Shown: in pieces, positions 16,846-26,344 of the stretch
Layout of the letters: the number at the start of each line of letters is the position of its first letter
Numbering within the stretch: position 1 is the stretch's first letter
IMG/VR virus record: IMGVR_UViG_3300023184_009074
Span: 19,445-83,444 of that record
Direction: 5' to 3' (one strand)
Length of the DNA stretch: 64,000 nt
Source of the DNA: a virus
Translations under genes and position numbers: made by a program
Notes under the pieces: model-generated
Database searches by the model: none
Told to the model about the DNA's origin: nothing
Seen by the model: only the letters and a program-made list of their open reading frames with translations

Positions 16846-17960
16846 CATGGTTTACTTCTATTTTGACTTTTGGTGGTATTTTTGTTGGCATATGGGCAAC
16901 CATTAAATATGTTATTTTGTTTGAATTAAGAATTGATAATAATACTTTTAGAACTTTATATGAATTATCTTTAAAAGAAACTAAGTTTGTATTAGAAGAA
17001 GAATTCTTTTCTGAGAAAAGACAGCCTGTTATTTATAGGGCTTTTTGTTTTTTTAAAAATCAACCTTGGTTTTACTTAACGCATGGAGAAAGGCTTCTTC
17101 AAGCAGGATTCAATGGAAAAGATCAAATATCTTATGTAATTTGTGCAAGGTGGAACTTTTACAAGCTTAAAATATTTTTACAATCTAATCTTCCGTGTTT
17201 ACAATTAGAATACTTTGGTATTCCAATTAGAGTTGCAAATCCTTGGTTTACAGATAAAATTGGATCAATTAAAGAGGCTAATTATCCAATTCAAGCTGAA
17301 TCTTTTTGGAAGGATCTAGATGAAGATATTCAGCTTGTTGTTGATGGTAATATTTCAAAAGCTAGTGCAATTTTTTATGGTGAACCTGGCAATGGCAAAA
17401 GCTCTTTAGTTAAGTACTTAGCAGTTAAATATAAGCTACCAATAGTAATTTTGACTTTTGTACCAGAATATACAAACATGGAAATCATGTATATGTTTTC
17501 GCAAATAAGCGAAAACTGCATAGTTTTACTTGAAGATTTTGATAATTATTTCGATAAAAGAAAATGTATTATTGGAGAAAGTAATAGCGGAAGTAACAAT
17601 GTTGGAATTAAATTTACATTTGACTCAATATTAAATTGTTTAGATGGCGTTTATAACAATTATAAAAAAACAGTATTCATCATGACTGTTAATGATATTG
17701 AAAAGGTTGATGTTGCTTTGAAAAATAGGCCAAGCAGATTCAAGCATTTGATGAACTTTGATAATCCTGATTTTGAATTAAGATTTAAAATAATACCATA
17801 TTGGGCAGCAGAAACTTCTGGATTAAACTTAGATCAAGTTTTCAGGATGAAAGAATTTAAAGAGAAAGGACTTTCTTTAGGCAGTTCTTTGTTGAAAATT
17901 AAAATAGAAAAACAAATAGAAGATGCAGAAAATAAAGATTTAAATATGCCTTATATTTAA
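16842..17960 (+). CDS. membrane-anchored AAA+ ATPase (BCS1-like)
   Basis: N-terminal hydrophobic helix, GEPGNGKS, LLEDFD, ILNCLDG, MTVN, ALKNRPSRF. Confidence 0.8.
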   Translation: MTWFTSILTFGGIFVGIWATIKYVILFELRIDNNTFRTLYELSLKETKFVLEEEFFSEKRQPVIYRAFCFFKNQPWFYLTHGERLLQAGFNGKDQISYVICARWNFYKLKIFLQSNLPCLQLEYFGIPIRVANPWFTDKIGSIKEANYPIQAESFWKDLDEDIQLVVDGNISKASAIFYGEPGNGKSSLVKYLAVKYKLPIVILTFVPEYTNMEIMYMFSQISENCIVLLEDFDNYFDKRKCIIGESNSGSNNVGIKFTFDSILNCLDGVYNNYKKTVFIMTVNDIEKVDVALKNRPSRFKHLMNFDNPDFELRFKIIPYWAAETSGLNLDQVFRMKEFKEKGLSLGSSLLKIKIEKQIEDAENKDLNMPYI

Positions 17961-18018
17961 ATTGTGATTCCATAAAGTTAAAGCTATTTAGTTTTATTGC
18001 TTTGCGGATATATAAATT

Positions 18019-18396
18019 ATGGTAAATAACAATCAGCAAATTTGGGATTTATTAGAAAAACAAGATATTTCAAAAGTTTATATTTCTTATTCTACTAAAA
18101 GAAAAAAAGCAGAAGACCAAATAATTATTACAATTCAAGATATTACAATTGTTTGCAAGCATGCAAATCATTCTATTTTTCACGATGAGATATTTAAAGA
18201 AGATTCATTTTTAAGAATGCCTATTTTTAATAGCCATAAAGAAATTATAGGAAAATCGGATGGGTTGTTAACATATGACAATGTTAAAAGAAAAATAACA
18301 TTAAAAGGAAAGTACAATAAAAAAATTATAGAAGAATACAAAATAGAATTGGATGAAAAACATGAATGTTTTAAAGCCAACATTGACAACGATTAG
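18019..18396 (+). CDS. hypothetical protein
   Basis: 125 aa; GATATATA-aatt-ATG upstream. Confidence 0.65.
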   Translation: MVNNNQQIWDLLEKQDISKVYISYSTKRKKAEDQIIITIQDITIVCKHANHSIFHDEIFKEDSFLRMPIFNSHKEIIGKSDGLLTYDNVKRKITLKGKYNKKIIEEYKIELDEKHECFKANIDND

Positions 18397-18625
18397 TTAT
18401 TGTTTGATTGTTTATGGTATCTTTTTGATATCTTGGCCATTTCCGTTTTTATTTTTAATACCAGAAGACTTGAAATTTATAATTTTTAATTGGATTTACA
18501 ATCTTGATAATGATAAAAGTAAAATGCCAGAATTACTTTTTTTATGGTTTTTTTGGCATGTTCCTTGTGGGATTTTTTATTTTTTAATTGGATGTTTAGT
18601 TAAATTTAAAAAAGATAATTTATGA
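18353..18625 (+). CDS. small two-TM membrane protein
   Basis: Two hydrophobic segments; ATGA coupling to the next gene. Confidence 0.55.
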   Translation: MKNMNVLKPTLTTISYCLIVYGIFLISWPFPFLFLIPEDLKFIIFNWIYNLDNDKSKMPELLFLWFFWHVPCGIFYFLIGCLVKFKKDNL

Positions 18626-19149
18626 AAAATATATTTTTAATTGCTGATACACATTTTGGTGATCAAAAATTATGTGAAATGCAATTTTTTAATGGAGAAA
18701 AATATCGTCCTTGGGACAAGGCTTCTGATATGGATGAAGCTTTAGTAGGTAAGTGGAATGAAGTTGTTGGAAAAAATGATATTGTTTATCATCTTGGCGA
18801 TGTCGCAGTTCAAAAAGAAAAGTTAAAGTTGTTAGGCAAATGCAATGGCGAGAAAATTCTTATAAGAGGAAATAAAGATAATTTTGGGCTTATTAATTAT
18901 GTTCCTTATTTTTCTGATATTAAAGCTATTCATGTAATTGATAAGTTTATTTTAAGTCATGTTCCTTTATTTCATGCTTGTATTAAAGATGGAAGGGTTA
19001 ATGTTCATGGTCATTTACATAGACAGGAAATTAAAAATAATAAATATTTAAATGTTAGTGTTGAAAAAATAAATTACAAGCCTGTTTCTATTGATGAAAT
19101 AAAAATAAAACTAGATAGAGATCAAATGTATTCTTTATTTTCATATTAA
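18622..19149 (+). CDS. calcineurin-like metallophosphoesterase
   Basis: ADTHFG, HLGD, GNKD, SHVP, HGHLH, NVSVE. Confidence 0.88.
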   Translation: MKNIFLIADTHFGDQKLCEMQFFNGEKYRPWDKASDMDEALVGKWNEVVGKNDIVYHLGDVAVQKEKLKLLGKCNGEKILIRGNKDNFGLINYVPYFSDIKAIHVIDKFILSHVPLFHACIKDGRVNVHGHLHRQEIKNNKYLNVSVEKINYKPVSIDEIKIKLDRDQMYSLFSY

Positions 19150-19222
19150 TAACATGCAAATAAAAAGCATGGATGGTTTTTTAAATTTAGTTTATTTTTT
19201 ATTATCGGTATGTATTTTAATT

Positions 19223-19801
19223 TTATGCTTTAAATGTTGGCATTATGAAATTAAATTTAATTTCAATTAATCCTTCTTTATTTTTTAACTTATTAAAATT
19301 ATTAATTATATCTAAAATTTTATCGCTAACTTTTATGTTTCTTATAAATTCTGAGAATTTTATAGTTTGACCAAAAATTTCTATATTGCAATCTGAGAAT
19401 TTTTCAAAATATACATTTTTAATAGAATTGTTCATAAGTTTATCGAAAATATGTACTTCTGTAGGTAAGCCAAAATCATCAGTTATTTTTACGAGTGCAA
19501 TTCTTTTATCTATTTCATCATGTATTTTTTTATGTACAATCGTATTGTTTAATCCAAAGCTATCTCTGATTAAAATAGTACCGCTTATTGCATAACCAGT
19601 CTTTACTATTGTTAAATTTCTATCTAGCTTAACTTCTACACTTTCTTTTACTTGTTTTTGAGGTTTTTGTAGAAAATTATTTTCTGCGTTTGCTACTAAA
19701 GCAGGTATTGGTTTTTCTACAGGTAAGTCTCCGTCTATGTATTCCATAAAATACCTGAAAGAAAAATATTTTTTATTATTTTGTTTAAACGAATGATTCA
19801 T
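19223..19801 (-). CDS. hypothetical protein
   Basis: 192 aa; ACTAAATA-atat-ATG upstream. Confidence 0.7.
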   Translation of the reverse strand: MNHSFKQNNKKYFSFRYFMEYIDGDLPVEKPIPALVANAENNFLQKPQKQVKESVEVKLDRNLTIVKTGYAISGTILIRDSFGLNNTIVHKKIHDEIDKRIALVKITDDFGLPTEVHIFDKLMNNSIKNVYFEKFSDCNIEIFGQTIKFSEFIRNIKVSDKILDIINNFNKLKNKEGLIEIKFNFIMPTFKA

Positions 19802-19844
19802 ATATTATTTAGTTGCGATTATTAATATTTAAAATAAATTTTGA

Positions 19845-20558
19845 TTAATTTACATTCTGTTTGGCAGTATTTATTAATTGTTTTCTTTCTTTTTCTCTTC
19901 TTCTTTTTTCTCTTCTTTTTAAAATCTCTTTGTCTCTTTTTAATTTATAAATTTCAGGATTAAGCCATATTTCTTTTCCAATTCTATTGTATTGAAAGAA
20001 AATATAATTATCTTGTTCTCTTACTGCTCCTCTTTTCAGTTTAACTGTTATGTTGCTCATAATAGTTTGTTTTTTTTTCTTTGATTTTAAATATCTCTTT
20101 GCGTAGGTAATTCTTAGTGATTCTTTTTTTTCTTTAAGTTTTTTTTTGTTTCCAAAAAAGCACTTGTTTCCAACTTTGTGAATTACAAACAAATTTGGAT
20201 TATCTGGATTTTGATCACCAAATTTCAAATTTTTTACTGGCAGATCAGAGCATCGTTTTACATATTCTTTCCTTCTTAAGTCTTGTCTTTTCCTGAATTT
20301 ATCTAAAAAAACCTTGCTTCTCCATACTTCTTTGCCAGAACTTGAAATTCCTATAAAATATAGATTTTTTCTATGATCATAATCACCAATACTTTTATGT
20401 TCTTTTTTTAATTTTTTATAAAGCTCCAAGCATTTCTTAACATAAATTTTTCTTTTAATTTCTCTATTTTCGTATTGTTCTTTAGTTAACCATAGCTGCA
20501 TGCCTTTTTGCATTCTTGCAAAAATTTTTCCGTCTTCTCTAACAGTTCCTCTTTTCAT
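19845..20558 (-). CDS. highly basic protein with four internal repeats (KRGxVRE.../G.E.W)
   Basis: KRGTVREDGKIF..LW, SIGDYD..F..GKEVW, KFGDQN..LF, KRGAVREQDNYIF..GKEIW. Confidence 0.7.
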   Translation of the reverse strand: MKRGTVREDGKIFARMQKGMQLWLTKEQYENREIKRKIYVKKCLELYKKLKKEHKSIGDYDHRKNLYFIGISSSGKEVWRSKVFLDKFRKRQDLRRKEYVKRCSDLPVKNLKFGDQNPDNPNLFVIHKVGNKCFFGNKKKLKEKKESLRITYAKRYLKSKKKKQTIMSNITVKLKRGAVREQDNYIFFQYNRIGKEIWLNPEIYKLKRDKEILKRREKRRREKERKQLINTAKQNVN

Positions 20559-20596
20559 TATATTATCTCTAATAATTGCTTCTTTTTAAAATAACA

Positions 20597-20630
20597 AAAC
20601 CCCTCTTAACATTAAATTAAAAGGGGTTTT
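20597..20630 (-). terminator. intrinsic terminator
   Basis: aaaacccc...ggggtttt inverted repeat downstream of the methyltransferase. Confidence 0.6.
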
Positions 20631-20651
20631 AAATCAAGAATTAAATATGGT

Positions 20652-21533
20652 TTATTTTCCTAAAATATAATCAATAAAATTTAAACCAAGTTGAAATGTT
20701 GGTTTATCAAGGAATTTATAATCTCTTTTGATTTTTTCTAAAACTTGAGAATCTCTAATTGTTGATTCTAAGTCTTGGCTAACAACATTTTCTGTAATAA
20801 TCTTAAATTCTGTTTTTGCAATTGTATCTCTGTATTTTCTTAAAGGGAAGAAATGCTTATTTACTTTTATTTGATTTGGTTTTTTGCCTAAAAATTCTTC
20901 TAATTCATTTTCAAGCAAAGCAATGTGAAGGAAGGCTTTATTGCATTCATTATAAAGATGACCACCATGTCTTGAAGTCCAAGGATGCATTCTTACATAA
21001 AGTTTTCCTTGAGGAGACAATACTTCTTTGATTTTATTGAAAACATCAACTTCTGATTCATTTTCTAAATGATCAAAAACATCATACATTAAAATAATAT
21101 CATAAGGGCCATTTTTTTCAACTACCGACCAATCTGTAGTAAACGATTCTGGATTTTTTTCTTTTAAGGAAGGACAGAAGGTATCTTTTATGTCATATCC
21201 TAAAGAATAAGATGCTTTGTTATCATCTGCTGCAATAGCAATGTGTCCTTCTCCACATCCAAAATCAAGAAATTTTTTATTTTTAATATTCTCTTCAATG
21301 TAAAGATCAAGAACACTATTTGCTCTTTCGAATTTATCTTCTTCAGAAGCTGCATCACAAATCATTGATGGATCAACTGCTTCAGGCCAAAGAGGATTTC
21401 TTAAATCTTCCAGCGTCAAATAATATGCTGCTGAATTTTTTTGATTTGGAAGGAGAAGATTTACTTTATTGTTAATTTCTTCAATTTTATCTTGAAGAAT
21501 CTTTATTTCTTTGATTAAATTTTCATTGTTCAT
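20652..21533 (-). CDS. class I SAM-dependent methyltransferase
   Basis: FLDFGCGEG, YDIILMYDVFDHL, LSPQG; true start may be slightly internal. Confidence 0.85.
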   Translation of the reverse strand: MNNENLIKEIKILQDKIEEINNKVNLLLPNQKNSAAYYLTLEDLRNPLWPEAVDPSMICDAASEEDKFERANSVLDLYIEENIKNKKFLDFGCGEGHIAIAADDNKASYSLGYDIKDTFCPSLKEKNPESFTTDWSVVEKNGPYDIILMYDVFDHLENESEVDVFNKIKEVLSPQGKLYVRMHPWTSRHGGHLYNECNKAFLHIALLENELEEFLGKKPNQIKVNKHFFPLRKYRDTIAKTEFKIITENVVSQDLESTIRDSQVLEKIKRDYKFLDKPTFQLGLNFIDYILGK

Positions 21534-21585
21534 AGTATTCTATAATAATTATCATTTTTATTTTTTAAAAAGAAAATTGGGAAAA

Positions 21586-23211
21586 ATGGCAAAATATTTT
21601 GTTGTTGTAGGCGGTGTCTTTAGTGGTATTGGAAAAGGAATATCTATTGCATCCATTGGATATTTGCTTTCTTTGAGAAGTTTAAAGGTTATTCCAATAA
21701 AATTTGATCCATATTTAAATACAAATGCTGGGATTCTTGCTCCAAGAGAACATGGAGAAGTATTTCTTTGCAACGATGGCAGCGAAACAGACTTAGATTT
21801 AGGTCATTATGAAAGAATAATTGGTTGCCAAGTTTCTAAAAACAACATTTGTACCAGTGGAACTATTTATAAAGAAATTATAGAAGAACAAGAAGAAGGC
21901 AAGTATCTTGGTGAGACTGTTCAAATAATTCCTCATGTAACAAATAAAATCATTGAAAAATTAAAAAACCTAGGAAAAGACAACGATGTTGTGTTGGTTG
22001 AAATTGGTGGTACGGTAGGAGATATTGAAAGTGGCCCTTTCATGGAAGCAATTAGGCAATTTAAGCGAAAAAACCCAGACGATGTAATTGTTGCTTTGTG
22101 TGCTCCTATTTTATGGGTTCCTACAATAAAAGAATTTAAAACCAAGCCTTTGCAGCAAGCTGTGCAAACAATGCAATCTTGTGGCTTGCAACCTGAAGTT
22201 TTGTTGTGCAGAGCAGAGAAAGAAATTCCTTCTAAGATACTTGATAAAATTAGTGCTTTGACAAATGTTCCAAAAGATGCTGTATTTGAAGCACTAGATG
22301 TTAAATCAATTTATCAAGTTCCAATTGAATTTTATAATAGGCATGTAGATGATTTGATTATTGATAAATTTCACTTGCCTAGAAATGGGTTAAGAATTCA
22401 CAAATATAAAGATTTGGTTGAAAAGTATGTTAATTGCGATGATTTAACTTCTGTTAAAATAGGAATTTTAGGAAAATATGATAATTGTGATGAAGCTTAT
22501 TTAAGTTTAAAAGAAGCAGTCTTCCATGCTGGTGTAGCTGCTAATGTTAAAGTTGAAATTGAATGGATATCAGCACAAGAAATTGAACAGATTAAGGATA
22601 ATAAAGCTTTTTGTAAAATATTTGATTCTATTGATGGATTAATTGTGCCTGGTGGTTTTGATTCAAAAGGAATTGAGGGAAAAATAAAAGGCATTTCTTG
22701 CGTAAGAAATAAAAAAATTCCTTTTTTGGGAATATGCTTGGGATTGCAATGTGCTGTAATTGAATTTGCAAGACATGTAGGTCTTGAAACTGCTAATTCA
22801 CAAGAATTTGACCCAGATACAAAATACCCTGTTGTACATTTTATAGCTGGACAAGAAAAACTAAAGAAAAAATCTTCCAACATGAGACTTGGTGCTTTTG
22901 ATTGTGATATAACAAAAGATTCATTGGCATTTGATCTTTATAAAAAGAAAACAATATCTGAAAGGCATAGACACAGATACGAAGTTAATGATTTATTAAT
23001 TGATGAAAAGTTTTACAAAGAAGGCTTTAGAATTACAGGAAGATATTTAGAATCAAATTTAGTAGAGATAATTGAAATAGACAAAGAAATTCATCCCTTT
23101 TTTATTGCAACTCAAGCACATCCTGAATTCAAAAGTAGATTAACATCGCCATCTCCTTTATTTTTAGGTTTAATAGAAGCTGCTAAAAAGAAAAAAGAAG
23201 TTAATATATAG
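21586..23211 (+). CDS. pyrG: CTP synthase
   Basis: GGVFSGIGKG, DPYLN, HGEVF, DLDLGHYER, EIGGTVGDIES, KTKP.Q, PGGF, GICLG, ERHRHRYE, HPEF; likely start MAKYF at 21586. Confidence 0.97.
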   Translation: MAKYFVVVGGVFSGIGKGISIASIGYLLSLRSLKVIPIKFDPYLNTNAGILAPREHGEVFLCNDGSETDLDLGHYERIIGCQVSKNNICTSGTIYKEIIEEQEEGKYLGETVQIIPHVTNKIIEKLKNLGKDNDVVLVEIGGTVGDIESGPFMEAIRQFKRKNPDDVIVALCAPILWVPTIKEFKTKPLQQAVQTMQSCGLQPEVLLCRAEKEIPSKILDKISALTNVPKDAVFEALDVKSIYQVPIEFYNRHVDDLIIDKFHLPRNGLRIHKYKDLVEKYVNCDDLTSVKIGILGKYDNCDEAYLSLKEAVFHAGVAANVKVEIEWISAQEIEQIKDNKAFCKIFDSIDGLIVPGGFDSKGIEGKIKGISCVRNKKIPFLGICLGLQCAVIEFARHVGLETANSQEFDPDTKYPVVHFIAGQEKLKKKSSNMRLGAFDCDITKDSLAFDLYKKKTISERHRHRYEVNDLLIDEKFYKEGFRITGRYLESNLVEIIEIDKEIHPFFIATQAHPEFKSRLTSPSPLFLGLIEAAKKKKEVNI

Positions 23212-23214
23212 ATT

Positions 23215-23598
23215 ATGGATAATTTTAAAGAATTTATATTAAATGAAAGCAAACAATTTTTTGCCACTCAATGTGGCGACATTTTAAATGCTATTCAAAA
23301 TCTTGAAGAAGAAGCAGACTATATTGGGACAAGAAATCTTGTAAGATATAGTCAGAATATTGCAAATAACATTAGAAATTTAATTCATTCTCATTGGAGT
23401 GATGATTTAAGTGATAATTTAAAACAATTGCAAACTATAGGAGTTGCAATATTAAAATCAATAGAAGAATCATCTGAATTGCTAGAAACAATTAAATCTG
23501 CAAGGGCATCTTTAGAAGAACTGGTTAAAAAACTTGGCGTACCAATTAACAATGTTGGAATACCAGAAAAAGAATCCAAACCTCAAGAAGCAGAATAG
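23215..23598 (+). CDS. hypothetical protein, CTS-like N-terminus
   Basis: MDNFKEFILNES; AATATATA-gatt-ATG. Confidence 0.75.
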   Translation: MDNFKEFILNESKQFFATQCGDILNAIQNLEEEADYIGTRNLVRYSQNIANNIRNLIHSHWSDDLSDNLKQLQTIGVAILKSIEESSELLETIKSARASLEELVKKLGVPINNVGIPEKESKPQEAE

Positions 23599-23601
23599 AC
23601 A

Positions 23602-24420
23602 ATGTGTGGAATAAGTGGTTTTATTGGAACTTCTAGTAACAAGTCTTTGTCTTTTGAATTATTAAGTAATTTGTTCAATAATTTACAAATAAGAGGAACG
23701 GATGCTTCTGGTTATTATGCTTATTCAAGCAATAATCAAGTTTACTACCATAAACAAAAAGGCAAATCTTCAGAAATTATTAATTCTAAAGAATGGAAAG
23801 ACTTAAAAGATTTAAGCTTTAATTTATTTTTATTACACACAAGAAGAACATCATCAAACTCAGGTTCTTCAGAAAACAATATAAACAATCATCCATTTGT
23901 AAATCAAGATAAGACCATAGCTTTGGTTCATAACGGAATTATTAACAGTAATGATTTTAAAAAATTAAAATCATTTTTAAATGTAAGTTCTGATTGCGAT
24001 TCTGAAATATTATTAAGCTTTTTATTAGAAAAGAAATTTGAAAATGAAGATTATTTTTACAAAAGACTTGAAAGGTTAAATGAACTTTTGTTTTTTATTA
24101 AAAACAGTGAATATGCTTTTGTGTTTTCAGATTTACTAAAAGATAAAATTGGCTTATGGTTAGTTAAAAATGATAAAAGACCATTGTATATTATTGATTT
24201 AAAAGAATCTTTGAATCAATATTTTTTTGTATCTACAATAGAAATTTGGCAAAATTCAATAAGTAATATTAAAAATATTAATAAACTACTTGGAAATTAT
24301 AATATAATAAATATACCTGAGTTTTCTATTGTAAATTTAACTTACGAAAATTCATTTTTTAATAAAATCGGATTTCGTTTTAATAATTACGAATTTAAAG
24401 AAAAAGAATTTTTCTATTAG
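23602..24420 (+). CDS. class II (Ntn) glutamine amidotransferase
   Basis: MCGI, RGTDASG, HTR, NNHPF, HNGII, DSE. Confidence 0.88.
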   Translation: MCGISGFIGTSSNKSLSFELLSNLFNNLQIRGTDASGYYAYSSNNQVYYHKQKGKSSEIINSKEWKDLKDLSFNLFLLHTRRTSSNSGSSENNINNHPFVNQDKTIALVHNGIINSNDFKKLKSFLNVSSDCDSEILLSFLLEKKFENEDYFYKRLERLNELLFFIKNSEYAFVFSDLLKDKIGLWLVKNDKRPLYIIDLKESLNQYFFVSTIEIWQNSISNIKNINKLLGNYNIINIPEFSIVNLTYENSFFNKIGFRFNNYEFKEKEFFY

Positions 24421-24427
24421 GAGCAAA

Positions 24428-24961
24428 ATGAATGAAGATTGGGAAAATGATTACGAGGTTGATGATATTTTGAAAAATGAAAAAAAATCAAAAAAAGTAA
24501 ATGGTAATAGTAAAGGTAAAAGAACTGAAAGATCTTTGGCGAACATCTTGAATAAAAGATTTACCAGTGGGTTTAGTCGTACAGTAGGCTCTGGAAATCG
24601 TTGGGCACAAGTAAAAAACTTACCTCAACACGCAAAGGATACTTTGACAGGCGATTTGTGCTGTCCTGAAGGATTTAAGTTTGTAATTGAATCTAAAGGT
24701 GGTTATTCAAAAGTTGATTTAAACAACATATTTGACAAGGGAAACTCTGAGCTAGATGAGTTTATCGAGCAAGTTTCTAAAGACTCAGAAAGATGTGAAA
24801 AAAAGCCATTGTTAATATGGAAGAAAAATCATAAGCCTTGGCTTGCTTTTGTAAAGAGTCAAGATTTAGAAGGCGAGTATCAATATAAAATTATTTACAG
24901 AGATTGGGTTGTCGTCCCATTAAAAGAACTTCTTGAACTACCAGATAGTTACTTTTTTTAA
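24428..24961 (+). CDS. Holliday junction resolvase-like PD-(D/E)xK nuclease
   Basis: SKGKRTER, GDL, VIESK, PLLIWK. Confidence 0.75.
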   Translation: MNEDWENDYEVDDILKNEKKSKKVNGNSKGKRTERSLANILNKRFTSGFSRTVGSGNRWAQVKNLPQHAKDTLTGDLCCPEGFKFVIESKGGYSKVDLNNIFDKGNSELDEFIEQVSKDSERCEKKPLLIWKKNHKPWLAFVKSQDLEGEYQYKIIYRDWVVVPLKELLELPDSYFF

Positions 24962-24969
24962 GTATAAAA

Positions 24970-25602
24970 ATGAATATAGGAATATTATTAGCTGCTGGCA
25001 AAAGCTCAAGATTTAATAGTAAAATCCCAAAGCAATTGTATGAGATTGATGAAAAGCCAATTATAAGCTATTCATTTGAAGCAATGAGAGATTGCTTGGA
25101 TGATATATTAATTGTTACAAATAGCTTGTGTTACAAAAAAATTAAAAACATTTATCCTAAAACAAAAATAGTTATAAATAATAAAGATTGTAGGTTGGAG
25201 TCTTTAAAAATAGCAATTAATAATATTAAAGGAGATGTTGAAAACATAGTAATACACGATGCAGCTAGACCATATATAAAATCTAATAATATAAAAGAGC
25301 TTGTGGAAAAGTCAAAAACTAATATGTATTCTCAATATTATTTGAAATTAACAAGTGGATTAGTTGAGAAAAATATCAATGGGTATGATGTTGTGGATAG
25401 AAACAATTTTATAGAATTATGTACTCCAAAAATTATTGACTATCATTTGTTTAATTTTTTATTTAATAAATATATTTATCCAAAAAACAGGATAACATGC
25501 GAAGTTCTTCCTTTGATGAATAAATTTAATATAACGCATTGTTTAATAGAAGGATCGAATAAATATTTAAGAAAAATTACAACTATAGATGATATTTATT
25601 AA
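24970..25602 (+). CDS. IspD/TarI-family cytidylyltransferase
   Basis: LAAGKSSRF, PKQ, R.ES, IHDAARP, KITT..D. Confidence 0.88.
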   Translation: MNIGILLAAGKSSRFNSKIPKQLYEIDEKPIISYSFEAMRDCLDDILIVTNSLCYKKIKNIYPKTKIVINNKDCRLESLKIAINNIKGDVENIVIHDAARPYIKSNNIKELVEKSKTNMYSQYYLKLTSGLVEKNINGYDVVDRNNFIELCTPKIIDYHLFNFLFNKYIYPKNRITCEVLPLMNKFNITHCLIEGSNKYLRKITTIDDIY

Positions 25603-26344
25603 TGCAATGAAAAAAATACCAGTCGTAATATGGATGTATCATACTGAACTATGGAATGAATTTTTACAGTTACTTATTAAAAACAAGAATTATTTATATC
25701 CAGTTGTTGGGCTGCACAAAGATAATGATAATAAAATTATTATAAAATCAATCAAAGAAAACTTCGATGAATTTAATATTGATTATTATGATAATTACGG
25801 CAAAGACATAGGTCCATTTTTATATCAAATACAAAAAATAGAATCTCCTTTTTTTATAAAGATACATTCTAAAAAGTCTAAATTAATTTTTGACGAATCT
25901 ATTAATTGGAGAGAATTACTTGTAAATGATCTTTTGGGAGAGGCTCTTTTGTCCAATATAAAAACTTTAAGTTCAGATAAGATACTTCTGCCTTGGAAAA
26001 AGATTGGAAACAATGACATCGGATTAATTGCCAACAGAAGATTTATAACAAGCAACCATGAATATAAAAACAAAGAAAAAATAAAACAAATTTGTAGCAT
26101 AATTAACATTGATTACGAAAAACTTAAAAATGGTAGATTTATTAGCGGAACTATGTTCATGAGCAGAACTGATATATTTAAGAAATACTTTAATTATATT
26201 ACTCTTCCAAAAATTATAAAATTAATAAAACATGAAACAGGTGATGTAAAGGATGCAGTATTTGGAACATTTACTCATGCACTTGAAAGAATATTTGGAT
26301 ATATTATAACAAACGAAGGGATGAGAATAACTTCCCCTAACTAA
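25589..26344 (+). CDS. rhamnan synthesis F (RgpF)-like glycosyltransferase
   Basis: N.GKDIGPF, KIHSKKS, WR..L, F.SGTMF..R, HALER; start may be 25607. Confidence 0.8.
   Translation: MIFINAMKKIPVVIWMYHTELWNEFLQLLIKNKNYLYPVVGLHKDNDNKIIIKSIKENFDEFNIDYYDNYGKDIGPFLYQIQKIESPFFIKIHSKKSKLIFDESINWRELLVNDLLGEALLSNIKTLSSDKILLPWKKIGNNDIGLIANRRFITSNHEYKNKEKIKQICSIINIDYEKLKNGRFISGTMFMSRTDIFKKYFNYITLPKIIKLIKHETGDVKDAVFGTFTHALERIFGYIITNEGMRITSPN

Noticed and set aside
21558-23579. Antisense ORFs within pyrG and 23215..23598
   Set aside because: Antisense shadows caused by codon bias.
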